From: Variovorax sp. | GTDB lineage: Bacteria > Pseudomonadota > Gammaproteobacteria > Burkholderiales > Burkholderiaceae_C | DNA: 48,334 nucleotides | Direction of reading: 5' to 3' | Assembly: GCA_028292835.1 (NCBI GenBank) | Contig: JAQGLP010000109.1 | Span: 1-48,334, forward strand | In this document: positions 10,416 through 20,900 of the stretch, piece by piece | How positions within the stretch are numbered: the first letter of the stretch is position 1 | Layout: every line of letters starts with the position of its first letter | Notes under the pieces: generated by a model | What the model was told of the DNA's origin: nothing | What the model saw: the letters and a program-made list of their open reading frames with translations, nothing else | Database searches by the model: none | Translations under genes and position numbers: made by a program

Positions 10416-11038
10416 GCAGCACCCCCGTTCATCGCTTCCGCATGGCCATGGCCAAGCACCTGGGCAAGCCGCTCACCCCCGAGATGGCGGCCATGATCGA
10501 GGCCGAGGCTTTCCACCTGCCCGACTGCGCGGTCAGCCCTGGCCGGTTTCCTGCGGTGACATTCGGCGCGTACGCCATCCAGGTGGAGAGCTTTCGCGCC
10601 ATCCTCGAAGAACTGGCACCGCTGCACGAAGAGCACTGGCGGGAGACGGAAAAGTACCGCCACGGCCTGCGCATGCGGCCCGACTACGACCGGGTGTTCG
10701 CCATGGAGCGTGCCGGCCGGTGCGTGCAGTTCACTGTGCGCCGAGGGGCAGAACTGGCTGGTCACCTGCGCATGTATCTCGGACAATCGCTGCATACCAG
10801 CTCCACGGTCGCCGAGGAAGACACCCTCTACTTGCGCGCCGCGCACCGTCCCAACGGTTTCTTGATGCTGGCCTTGCTGCGGTACGCCGAAGACGTGCTC
10901 CGCCAGCTGGGGGTGACGCAGATCACCGCGAACAGCAAAAAGGTCAACAACGCCGCCGTCCTCATGCGCCGCATGCGATACGACGAGGTGGCAACCCAAT
11001 TCGTCAAGATCTTGAAGGAGCCGCCCGATGTGCGCTGA
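10412..11038 (+). CDS. GNAT-family N-acyltransferase
   Basis: 208 aa; EDTLYLRAAHR..G...ALLRYAE...LRQLGV pattern corresponds to GNAT motif A; lies upstream of ejection proteins as in Bcep22-like phages. Confidence 0.7.
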   Translation: MSSTPVHRFRMAMAKHLGKPLTPEMAAMIEAEAFHLPDCAVSPGRFPAVTFGAYAIQVESFRAILEELAPLHEEHWRETEKYRHGLRMRPDYDRVFAMERAGRCVQFTVRRGAELAGHLRMYLGQSLHTSSTVAEEDTLYLRAAHRPNGFLMLALLRYAEDVLRQLGVTQITANSKKVNNAAVLMRRMRYDEVATQFVKILKEPPDVR

Positions 11039-11822
11039 AGCCCCAGATACCCGCATCGCCCAAGAGGCAGCCCTGCGCAACGCTGACATCAGCAAGGAGG
11101 CGCTGGACTGGTACAAGCAGGTCTACACCGACAGCGCGCCCGACCGCGCCGCAGCGTCGCAAGTCGCCCGGGAACAGTCCACCATCCAGCGCGACCTCAG
11201 CCAGGAGGCCTTGGCGTCCGTGCGCGACGAGCGCGACCGCTACAAGACCACGTTCCAGCCGATCGAAGACCGGATCGCCAACGACGCGATCACCTTCAAC
11301 ACCCCGGCCCGCCGAGAGGCGGCCGCGCGCGCAGCGGTGGCGGACAGCGAAATCGCGCTGAACGTGGAGCGCCAGGGCTCCCAGCAAGCCCTGGAGCGCC
11401 GTGGAGTCACCGCCGGCAGCGGCAAGTCCCTGGCCCTGCAAGGAGCGATGGACCTGGGCGCGGCCAAGATCAAGGCGGGAGCGGCCAACAGCGCGCGCGA
11501 CCGGATCGAAGCCGTCGGATCCGCCAAGCTGATGGACGCCGCCGGCTTGGGCCGCGGGGTGGTGCAAAACACCGCCACGCAAGCGCAGATCGGACTGAAC
11601 TCTGGCAACAGCTCCGTGGGCAACGCCTCCGTCCCGCTGGGCGTGCAGCAGCAGGGTGCGCAACTCATGGGGCATGGGTTCAGCACCGCGATGCAGGGCA
11701 ACAGCAGCGCGGCGAACATCAACATGGGCGTCGCCAACCAGCAGGCGGGAGTGGACTCCGCCAACGGCCAGCAAGCCGCTGCCGGCGCGTCGGCCGCCGC
11801 CTCCATCGCGATCGCCATCTGA
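11028..11822 (+). CDS. internal virion / DNA ejection (pilot) protein
   Basis: 264 aa; starts Met-Cys; helical Ala/Gln/Gly/Asn-rich with hydrophobic C-terminus; AAGGAG RBS. Confidence 0.6.
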   Translation: MCAEAPDTRIAQEAALRNADISKEALDWYKQVYTDSAPDRAAASQVAREQSTIQRDLSQEALASVRDERDRYKTTFQPIEDRIANDAITFNTPARREAAARAAVADSEIALNVERQGSQQALERRGVTAGSGKSLALQGAMDLGAAKIKAGAANSARDRIEAVGSAKLMDAAGLGRGVVQNTATQAQIGLNSGNSSVGNASVPLGVQQQGAQLMGHGFSTAMQGNSSAANINMGVANQQAGVDSANGQQAAAGASAAASIAIAI

Positions 11823-11824
11823 CC

Positions 11825-13231
11825 ATGATCAACGTTCAAGCCATCAACGACGCCACCGAGCAATGCCTGGCCAAGGGCCTGCGGGTGCTCAACTCGTTTC
11901 TTCTGAGGGACACCGAGGAAGCGCATGCACGCCGCCTGCTGGAGCTCATGGATCCGCCGCGAGGCGCGGTGATCGTTGACGCGGGCTGTGGCGTGGGCGA
12001 GCTGGCCAAACTCATGGCCGCCGCGCGCCCAGACCTGGCCTTCACCCTGGTGAACATCAGCGAGGCGCAGCTGGCCCTGTGCCCGCCGGACATGAAGCAC
12101 GTGGCCGCCAGCTACGACGCTACCGGCCTGCCCCATGGCTACGCCGATGTGGTGATGTTCAACTTCAGCCTATGCCATTCGGATGACTGGGGCGTCACGC
12201 TGCGCGAGGCCTTCCGGATTCTGAAGCCCGACGGCGTGCTGTTCATCTTCGACATGGCGCGGATCTCCGAAGAGGGCAGCAACACCCTCATGCGCGAGCG
12301 CTACCTGTCGATGGCCTACCGGCCGGCCATGATCATGGACGTCGCGCGCCGCGCCGGCTTCGACCTGGCGGATCCAAACCACGCTCTGGGCCATGAACCG
12401 CTGGAATTCCGCCTGCGCGACCTGGTGCCCGAGGACGCGCCGATCTACGACGCGGCCTTCGCGGGCGTGATCCCGCTGACGCTGCGCCTGCGCCGGTTGC
12501 CCGACGCGCCGCCGGTGGCCAGCGCCTTCGATCGCCACGAGCGCATCGCCTTCCAGTTCTCCGGCGGCCGCGACAGCACCGCGGCGCTGTACCTGCTGCG
12601 ACCGTACTGGACGCGCATGACCGTGTACTTTCTGGACTCCGGCGAGGTGTTCCCCGAAACGCTGGCCGTGCTGGAGCAGGTGGAGCGTGACTTGCCGCAG
12701 CCGATCGTCCGGATCCAGAGCGACGTGGCCAAGGTGCGCGAAGAGCACGGACTGGCCAGCGATGTGGTTCCTGTGGACAACACGCCGCTGGGCCGCATGG
12801 TGAGCGGGCGGACCGTGAAGATCATCTCGCGCTACGAGTGCTGCGCCCGCACGCTGATGAACCCGATGCACGCGCGCATGCTGGCCGACGGCATCACGCT
12901 CATCGTGCGCGGCCAGCGCGACGACGACTACGCCAGCCCGCCGGCGCGCTCGGGCCGCACCGAAGGGGGCATCGAGGTGCTGTACCCCATCCAGCCATGG
13001 ACCACCGCGCAGGTGGACGCCTTCCTGGCCGAGCATCGCCTGCCCGTTGCCCCGTTCTACGAGGCAGGCATGCCGCACGGCTCGGATTGCATGGGCTGCA
13101 CCGCCTGGTGGGGCGAGGGGCGAGCGGCCTACCTGCAAGCGCGCCACCCGGACGCGCACGCCGTCTACCGCGAGCGCATGAACACCGTGCGCACCGAAAT
13201 CACGCGCCAGCTCCAGCAGCTGGAAAACTGA
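11825..13231 (+). CDS. class I SAM methyltransferase fused to PAPS-reductase-family (CysH/DndC-like) domain
   Basis: N-half has VDAGCGVG and LREAFRILKPDGVLFIFD; C-half has PP-loop FSGGRDS, CC (YECC) and CMGC motifs. Confidence 0.8.
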   Translation: MINVQAINDATEQCLAKGLRVLNSFLLRDTEEAHARRLLELMDPPRGAVIVDAGCGVGELAKLMAAARPDLAFTLVNISEAQLALCPPDMKHVAASYDATGLPHGYADVVMFNFSLCHSDDWGVTLREAFRILKPDGVLFIFDMARISEEGSNTLMRERYLSMAYRPAMIMDVARRAGFDLADPNHALGHEPLEFRLRDLVPEDAPIYDAAFAGVIPLTLRLRRLPDAPPVASAFDRHERIAFQFSGGRDSTAALYLLRPYWTRMTVYFLDSGEVFPETLAVLEQVERDLPQPIVRIQSDVAKVREEHGLASDVVPVDNTPLGRMVSGRTVKIISRYECCARTLMNPMHARMLADGITLIVRGQRDDDYASPPARSGRTEGGIEVLYPIQPWTTAQVDAFLAEHRLPVAPFYEAGMPHGSDCMGCTAWWGEGRAAYLQARHPDAHAVYRERMNTVRTEITRQLQQLEN

Positions 13232-13243
13232 AGGAGGAAGATC

Positions 13244-14911
13244 ATGGGCAAGGGAATCCTTGGGGGCATCGCCGCCGGCCTGCTGGTAGGCGTTGACCGC
13301 GGGCTGCAGCGACAGCGCGAGCAGGAGATGCAGGACGAGGAAATCCGCCTGCGCAAGGAGGACCGGGACGACCGGCGCCGCCGCGAAAAGCGGGTGGAGG
13401 ACGATCAGATCGCCCTGCGCACCGCCGGCTCCCCGGTCCAGGTGCAGGACGGCGCCACCGTCTCAGGCATCAGCCTCAACCCCGTGGTCTACGACGACGC
13501 CGGCGTGGCGAGCTCGGACGTGCGACAGGCCAACCGGCTGGCCGCCGGCGGCGCGCCGGAGCAGATCGGCGTCGACCCGGGCGTCGACCCGGGCGTCGAC
13601 CCGCAAGAGGTCGCCCTGCGGCCCACGGCATCCATGCAGGCCACGCCGGTGGTCAACGGCAAGGCATTCGGGGACCGCGCCAGCGCCGACAGCGCGGCCG
13701 CCGCCCTGAGCACCCCGGAAGCGCGCGTGAAGCGCCAGGCCGAAGTGCTGATGGCGCAGGGCAAGCCCACGGAGGCCATGACCCTCACGAAGACCGCGCA
13801 GGAGCACGCCGACGCCGCGTGGGACCGCCGGGTGCGCGACGCCATGAAAAAGGGGCACCAGGGCATCGCCGAACTGCTGACGGACTCGCAGGCCGGGCCG
13901 CTGGCGGGCAAGCAGTTCAAGCCGGTGCCCAGCGCGGACGGCTCGACCGTCACGTACCACATGGTCGCGCCGGACGGCACCAGCACCCCCACCCAGTACA
14001 CACTGCCGGCCAGCGAAGACGGCGTGATCGCCGCGGCCTACCAGCTGGCCAACGTGAAGCCGGAGATCCGCTACAAGGACATGGTGGAGCGCGATAAGCG
14101 CCGACAGGCCAATGACCTGAAAGAGCGGGAGCTGGAGCGCAAGGAATCCTACATGCGCGAGGTCCAGGGGCCGTTGGCCGAGGCGCGCATCCAGTCCATG
14201 GGCGCGCAGGCCGCCGCCGCCGAATCCCGCGCCGAAACCGCCCGCCTGCGGCTGTCACAGGACACCAACGGCAACGGCAAGGTGGACGCCGAGGACCGCA
14301 AGCGGTGGACGACCTTCTACAGCGAGGCGGGCCGGCGCATCGATGACTCCAGCAAGACCCTGCGCGCGCTCCAGGCCGACACCTCGTTCATGCTGCGCGC
14401 GCGCAAGCCCGGCACGCCCGAGGCTGTGCAGCTGGCCGGCGCGCAGGAGGACGTGAGGCGGTACAACGAAGAGCGAACGATGTACGGCAACCTGCTGGGC
14501 GGCGACAAGCTGGAGGCGGCGCGCGGCAAAGCACCAGCACCAGCAGCAGCACCAGCGCCAGCGGCCGCCACCGGGAGCCGCCCCGCGACCAGCGTATCTG
14601 CCGCCACGCAGTCGGCGCGCGACGGCGAGGCCGTACAGATACTGACCAGCGAGCTCACCGCGGCGCGCAAGCGCCAGGAGCAGGGCGACCCCCGCGCCGC
14701 CGGCGACATTGCCGCACTGGAAAAGGAAATCGCGCTCAAGACCAAGGGCCGCGGCGCTCCGGCAGCACCAGCAAGCGCGAAGAAGGCCCCCGGCCAGCCA
14801 GGTACCAGCCGAGACAACCCGGTGCCCGTGGCCGACAAGGCATCGCGCGACAAGCTGGACAAGGGCACCTACTACAAGGCCCCGAACGGCGAGATTTACG
14901 TCAAGAACTGA
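13244..14911 (+). CDS. internal virion / ejection protein
   Basis: 555 aa; AGGAGG RBS; Gly/hydrophobic N-terminus followed by charged coiled coil; lies just before the DarB-like gene. Confidence 0.6.
   Translation: MGKGILGGIAAGLLVGVDRGLQRQREQEMQDEEIRLRKEDRDDRRRREKRVEDDQIALRTAGSPVQVQDGATVSGISLNPVVYDDAGVASSDVRQANRLAAGGAPEQIGVDPGVDPGVDPQEVALRPTASMQATPVVNGKAFGDRASADSAAAALSTPEARVKRQAEVLMAQGKPTEAMTLTKTAQEHADAAWDRRVRDAMKKGHQGIAELLTDSQAGPLAGKQFKPVPSADGSTVTYHMVAPDGTSTPTQYTLPASEDGVIAAAYQLANVKPEIRYKDMVERDKRRQANDLKERELERKESYMREVQGPLAEARIQSMGAQAAAAESRAETARLRLSQDTNGNGKVDAEDRKRWTTFYSEAGRRIDDSSKTLRALQADTSFMLRARKPGTPEAVQLAGAQEDVRRYNEERTMYGNLLGGDKLEAARGKAPAPAAAPAPAAATGSRPATSVSAATQSARDGEAVQILTSELTAARKRQEQGDPRAAGDIAALEKEIALKTKGRGAPAAPASAKKAPGQPGTSRDNPVPVADKASRDKLDKGTYYKAPNGEIYVKN
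13568..13603 (+). repeat. 3 x 12-bp tandem repeat GGCGTCGACCCG (GVDP x3)
   Basis: Perfect in-frame tandem repeat read directly. Confidence 0.9.
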
Positions 14912-14922
14912 GGGACGCACGA

Positions 14923-17900
14923 ATGGCTGACAACTTCTGGGAACAGGACACCCCGGCGAGCAAGGACGCATTCTGGGAAGACGACCAGCCTGCCGCGAAA
15001 ACCGAGCTCCCCGAAGGGGTCAAGGCCAGCACCGCCGGCGCCGGGCGCGGCGGCCGCGACGATCCGCGCCGCCTCGATCGCGCCGCACCACCTGCACCAC
15101 CTGCCGGGCCGCGGGCGCCGCTGGAGCTCGAGGTCACCGCCACGGGCAGCACGCCGGCCAGCACCAACACCACCGCCTCCGTCACGCGCACGCGCAGCGG
15201 CGGCAGCATTGTGGAAAACACGCCAGGCGGCTTTCCAGTCCCTGAACCACGCTTGACCGAGCGGCAGGTACAGGAAAACGCGAGGCTTTCCAGCCGGCGT
15301 ACCGCCGAAACCACCCCGCAGATCACCGACGCGCCGCGGCCGCAGGTGAGCGAGGGCAAGTTCCGCCCGCAAGACAGCGCTGTGGAAGGGCTGGGGCTCG
15401 AGGTGGGCGACAGCAACCCGCTGGTGCGCATCGCCGGCAAGGCCGTGGGCCAGGGCGCGGAGGCGCTGGGAGGCGTGGTGCGCGCCGCGGGCGACCTGAC
15501 CGGCGCCGGTTCCGTGGCTCGGTTCGGCGCCAACGCGGCCAAGAACGCCAGCCAGTTCCAGGAGAGCATGGGCAAGGCCCGCGTGGGCGCGGACGTCTTC
15601 AACCCGGCGGGCCCGGCCGGGTATCTGGCCGATCAGGCGGAAAACGCCGGAGCCTCGCTGGCCAACAGCTACGGGCTGGCGCGCGCCTTCGGCGCCAAGG
15701 CCGTCATCCCGCTCATGTCGCTGCAGGACGCCGGCAGCTACTACAACGAGGCGCGCAACGCCGGCAAGGATCCGCTGACCGCCCTGGCGCTGGCTGTTCC
15801 ACATGGAACCTTCGAAGCCGTGGGCGAGAAGTTCACCGGCACCGCCAAGGCCATGGACGCCCTGCGCGTGATGATGAGCCGCGGCGCGCCCAAGAAGGCG
15901 CTGCAGGACGCCGGCGCCGTGCTGATGGAGGCGGGCGTCAAGGAGATCCCCGGCGAGTGGATCACCTACCTGGGGCAGACGGCGCTCGACGTCATGCCGG
16001 GGGTTGGCATCAAGCCGAACATGACCACGGGCGAGTTCGTCCAGGGGCTGATCGACACCACCGTGCAGGCCGCGATGATGGGCGGCATGGTGGGCGGCGG
16101 CGGTGCGATCGCCACCGCGCGCGCTGGCGGCGGCGCCCGGCCGCAGAAGACGCCGGAGATGCTGGCCCGTGAGAAGGGCTTTCTCGTGCAGGAGGAACAG
16201 GTCAAGCGCCTGAATGCCGCCGGCGAGAAGGAGGTCGCCCGCGGCATGCAGCAGCAGGTGGACAGCCAGCGGGCGGAAACCGAGCTCGAAGCCCTGGCCG
16301 ACAAGCCGTGGGCCCAGGACGAGGGGTTCCAGCAGCGGTATCGCCAGCTGCGCACCGAGGGCAAGAAGCCCGCCGAGGCCGCAGCGCGATCGGCCATGAG
16401 CTCCGCCTACGCCCACATCGGCGAGCTGGTGGGCCTGCACCCCAAGGCGTTCCAGAAGGCGACCGAGCTGGCCGCCACCATGCCCATGGAGAAGGTGCCC
16501 GGGTTCTTCGAACGGTTCACCGCCAACCTGGTGAAAAAGGGGATGGCTGGCACGGTGCCTGGCGGCACGATCGACGGAGCCGTGGCCGGTGTGCGCGATG
16601 ACGCGGTGCAGAGCACCCTGGCCGGGGTGTACGGCGAGGATCCGAATCCGGCGGCAGCTGGCATTCTTGAACTGGAGGGGAGCAATGCGGGTACTGCTGG
16701 TGGGCACGAAGAGCCTGGCGCTGCGGCTGGCGCTGGCGACGGCCACGATTCAGTCGGTGGTGGTGCAGGAGCTACCGTCGGGGGCCCAGCCCAAGGCGGC
16801 GAGCCAGCGGCACCAGCCGACACGACCGGTGCCGTCGCGCCGCCAGCTGGCCAAGCAGCAGGCGATGGCCAGCAAGATGCGCCGACGGTAGCGCGCGCCG
16901 GCCGCAGCCCGCTGCACGACGAAGACCTCACCCCGAACGAGCACGGCGCGCACCAGGCCGCGGCGAGCCCGCTGAACGACAAGCCCGAGCCGACGAAGGC
17001 GCAGATCCTGGCCGGCAACGCGACCATGGGCCACATGAAGGTCGGCGGCCTGGGCGTGACGGTGGAGAACCCCGCCGACAGCGTGCGCGAGGACAAGCAC
17101 AACGAGCCGCCGAAGTGGCGCACGCCGATGCAGCACGGCTACCACTACGGCTACATCAAGCGCACCGAAGCGGCCGACAGCACCGAGGCCAAGCGCCAGG
17201 GCATCGACGTGTTCGTGAAGGAGGGCACCCCAGAGGATTACGCCGGCCCGGTGTTCGTGGTCGACCAGGTGAGCGCGCCGGGCAAGTTCGATGAGCACAA
17301 GGCGCTGATCGGCCCGGGCAGCGAGGCCGAGGCCCGTGCGGACTACCTCAAGCACTACTCGCCGGGCTGGCAGGGGCTGGGCGCCATCACCGAAATGTCC
17401 ATGCCGGACTTCAAGAAGTGGGTGCGCGAGGGCAAGAAGGCCGACCCCGCTGGACAACTGGACGCGCCCGACGCACCGGACGCAGCGCCGGCAAGTGCCC
17501 CAGCTGCTGCCGCCGAGGCGCCGCCCCCTGTGGCGCCGCTGCGCCTGGGCAAGATGCCAACCAACGCCGAGCCTGTCACCGTGCACGGCGGCGTGGTGCA
17601 CATCGGCAGGTACGAGGCGGTGGACTTCGACAGCGGCGAGCCCGTGACGGTGCCCGAGGGCGCCACCGACGCGCAGATCAAGGCGGCGCTCCAGAAGGCC
17701 GGCGCGATCGCCAAGGGTGCAAAATTCTTTGGCGGTGCCAAGGATCCGGCGCAGAATCCGGCCGCACCGAATACACCGCAGTCGGCCCCCAGCGCGCAAG
17801 CGCCCAGCGCCGCGACCACGGGCGGGAAGGCGGATAACCCGCGGCCGGATGGGAAACCGGCCGAAACCGCCCCGAATGAGGCGTCTCCCTCGCAGGTGTG

Positions 17901-20900
17901 GAACGGCACGCCTCCACCGCAGCGCGAAGCGTTCGTGCTGGAAGCCGGGTGGAAGAAGGGAAGCCCAAAGACCAAGGAACTGCTGCAGCTCACCTGGCGC
18001 GAGCTCACGGCGGTGCAAAAGGAGAAGGTCGCCGCGGCAATCACGAAGCTGGCGAAGGTGCCCGCGCCGACGGTCGACGCTCCCCTCGACACCCCCGCCG
18101 AGCAGTCCGCCGAGCAGCGGCACGCCGACGCCCGCGCCATTGGCCGGTCGGCAGGCGAGCGGGGCGATCCACGCGACCCGCCAGTGGCGTTCACCAGCAC
18201 CCAAAAGCAGTTGTGGCGCGCCGGCTGGGACGATTCGAAGCGCACGAAGGTGACGCCGCAGGTGCCCCCCGTGGGTGCCACCGCGGCACCGGCGAGCAAG
18301 CCGAAGAAGCAGACCAAGGCCGAGGCCGAGCAGCAGGCCTTCCGCGCCCGCCTGGCCGACTATTTCCAGCCCGGCGCCATCGTCAAGAGCTACTACGGGC
18401 ACGACCGCGTGCTGGCGCTGGAACTGGACGCGCCGCACGGCTGGCGCGTGCAGGTGGTGTCCGTCATCAAGAAGGACGGCGAGTGGATCGACGCGCCCAA
18501 GGAGCAGCCGCGCTGGCACTCCACCACACCGGACCCGAAGGCGCAGCCGGTGGTGCGGCCCGCGCCTGCGGCCGCAACACCTGCACCGACGTCGGCACCG
18601 ACCGTCACGATGGACAAGGCGGAAATTCGTCCGTACCGGAAGCCTGACGGCAGCGTCGGCTACGAGGCTGTGCCGATCGAGGCCCCTGCCTCCGCACCGC
18701 TGCCGGTCGCCGCGCCCGCTGCTGCCCGCCCGAGCCCGCCGGCGCCCGCCGCGGTGGACAAGCCCGCGCCTGTGGTGTCAGCGAACAAGGTCTTCACCGA
18801 TGACGCCGCGGCCGCCGCGCGCGCCCGCCTGAAGGCCAAGCTGGGCCGTCTCAATTCCGGGCTGGATCCGGAAACGATGCTGGACGGCATCACCCTGGCC
18901 GGCTACCACATCGAGAAGGGCGCGCGGACCTTTGCCGCCTACGCGCAGGCGATGCTGGGCGACCTGGGTGACGCCGTGCGCCCGTACCTCAAGAGCTGGT
19001 ACATGGGCGTGAAGTACGACCCCCGATCGGCTGCGTTCTCCGGGGAAATGAGCACCGGCGCGTTCGTGGAAGAGTTCGACGTGGCTGCGATCGCCACCCC
19101 GGCAGGTCCATCCGAGGCCCCCGAGGTTGAAACCGAGGCGCAACCGGCCCATACTGGAGCCACCGATGATTCCACCCCTGCAACCGAGCCGCCTGCGGAT
19201 GATCGCCAGCTGGCTCCAATCGAACCCCGACCCGGAAGCGGAGAAACCGCTGTCCGACGGGGCGCTGCTGCGCAAGACGCACAGCCTGGACGAGCAGATG
19301 ATGGAGGCGTTCGACAGCCGGACCAGCCTGATGCAGTCGCAGATGATGGAGCGCAACGACTGGGGGACGGAGGAAGCGACGGCGGCGTTCCGGACCAGGG
19401 AGCTGGAAATCTGGAACGCAGTCGTGAGCGACTTCTTGCCGGAGACTACCGAGCTCCCGCCGGAAGCCTGACGCGCGAGGGCAGCTGGCTCACCACCGCG
19501 CGCCGCAACGTCGACTTGATCGAACTGGCGCTCAAGATCGAGGCCGAAAAGCGCCCCGCCACGACCGAGGAACAGGCCCAGCTGGCGAAGTACGTCGGCT
19601 TCGGCGCCAGCGAGATCCGCAACAAGCTCTTTCCGGTGCCGCACCAGTACGCGCGCCAGCAGGAGCCAGACCGCCTCATCTGGCCTAACCTTGTGTACGA
19701 AGCGAGCTGGAAGCAGCTGGCCGAGCGCATGGACAAGCTGCCGCGGGAGTGGCAGAAATCGGTGCTCCAGTCCACGCAGTACGCGCACTACACCAGCGAG
19801 GGCATCGTGCGGGCCACGTGGGCGGCCGTGCAGCGCCTGGGCTTCACCGGCGGCAAGATTCTGGAGCCGGGTGTCGGCACCGGCAACTTCGCCATGGCGA
19901 TGCCCGAGAGCATGCGCCGGCCCAAGGGCTACACCGGCATCGAAATGGACGGCCCGACCGCCCTGATTGCCCGCCTGCTGTCGCCCGCGCAGAACATGCT
20001 GCATGAGGACTTCATCAAGCGAAAGCTCCCGCGGGACTTCTTCGACCTGGCCATCGGCAACCCGCCGTTCTCCCAGACGAAGATCCTGGGCGACCCGGAC
20101 TACGAGAAGTTCGGGTTCATGCTGCACGACTTCTTCTTTGCCAAGACCATCGACCGGGTGCGCCCGGGCGGCCTGCTGGTGTTCGTCACCAGCAAGGGCA
20201 CGATGGACAAGCAGACCGACCGGGCCCGCAAGTACCTGGCCGATCGTGCCGACCTGCTGGGCGCCATTCGCCTGCCATCGACCGCCTTCGAAGCCAACGC
20301 CGGCACCAGCGTGGTGGCCGACGTCCTGTTCCTGCGCAAGCGCGAGGCCGGCGCCGAGCCCGCCGGGCACAAGTGGACGGACGTCGCCACGGTGGAAACC
20401 AAAGACGGCCCGGTGGTCATCAACGAATACTTCGCCGCGAACCCGGCGATGGTGCTGGGCCAGAACCGCATCAGCGGCGGCCAGGACGACGAGGGCCGGC
20501 GCATCAACAGCAACGGCCGCGGCGGCGAGAAATACACCGTCGTCAGCTACGACAAGACCCCCGAGGAACTGGACGCCAAGTTCGCGGAGGCGGTCAAGCT
20601 CCTGCCGGAGAACGTCTACAGCACGCTCAAGGCCAGCGCCGCGCGGGTGAAGGAGGAAACCCGTCGGGTGGACTATGACCCGAAGGTGAAGCGCGAGGGC
20701 GTGGTCTACATCGACGGCAAGCAGCTGATGAGGGTGGAGAGCGGCGTGGGCCGCGAGCTGCAGCTGTCCGAGAAGGATGCCCAGTGGATGCGCAGCTACG
20801 TGGGCCTGCGCGACCTGGTGCAGACCGCGCGCCAGCTGCAGGCCGACGATGGCACCTGGGAACCCGCGCTCGCGGCGCTGAACAAGGCCTACGACGCGTT

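Noticed and set aside
11825-13231. Complete Dnd/Ssp phosphorothioation or sulfate assimilation pathway
   Set aside because: No cysteine desulfurase, DndD/E, SspB/C or cys genes in the window
17717-18253. 178-aa +1 ORF within the DarB-like gene
   Set aside because: Arg/Pro-rich off-frame composition, codon bias stays in the DarB frame, no RBS
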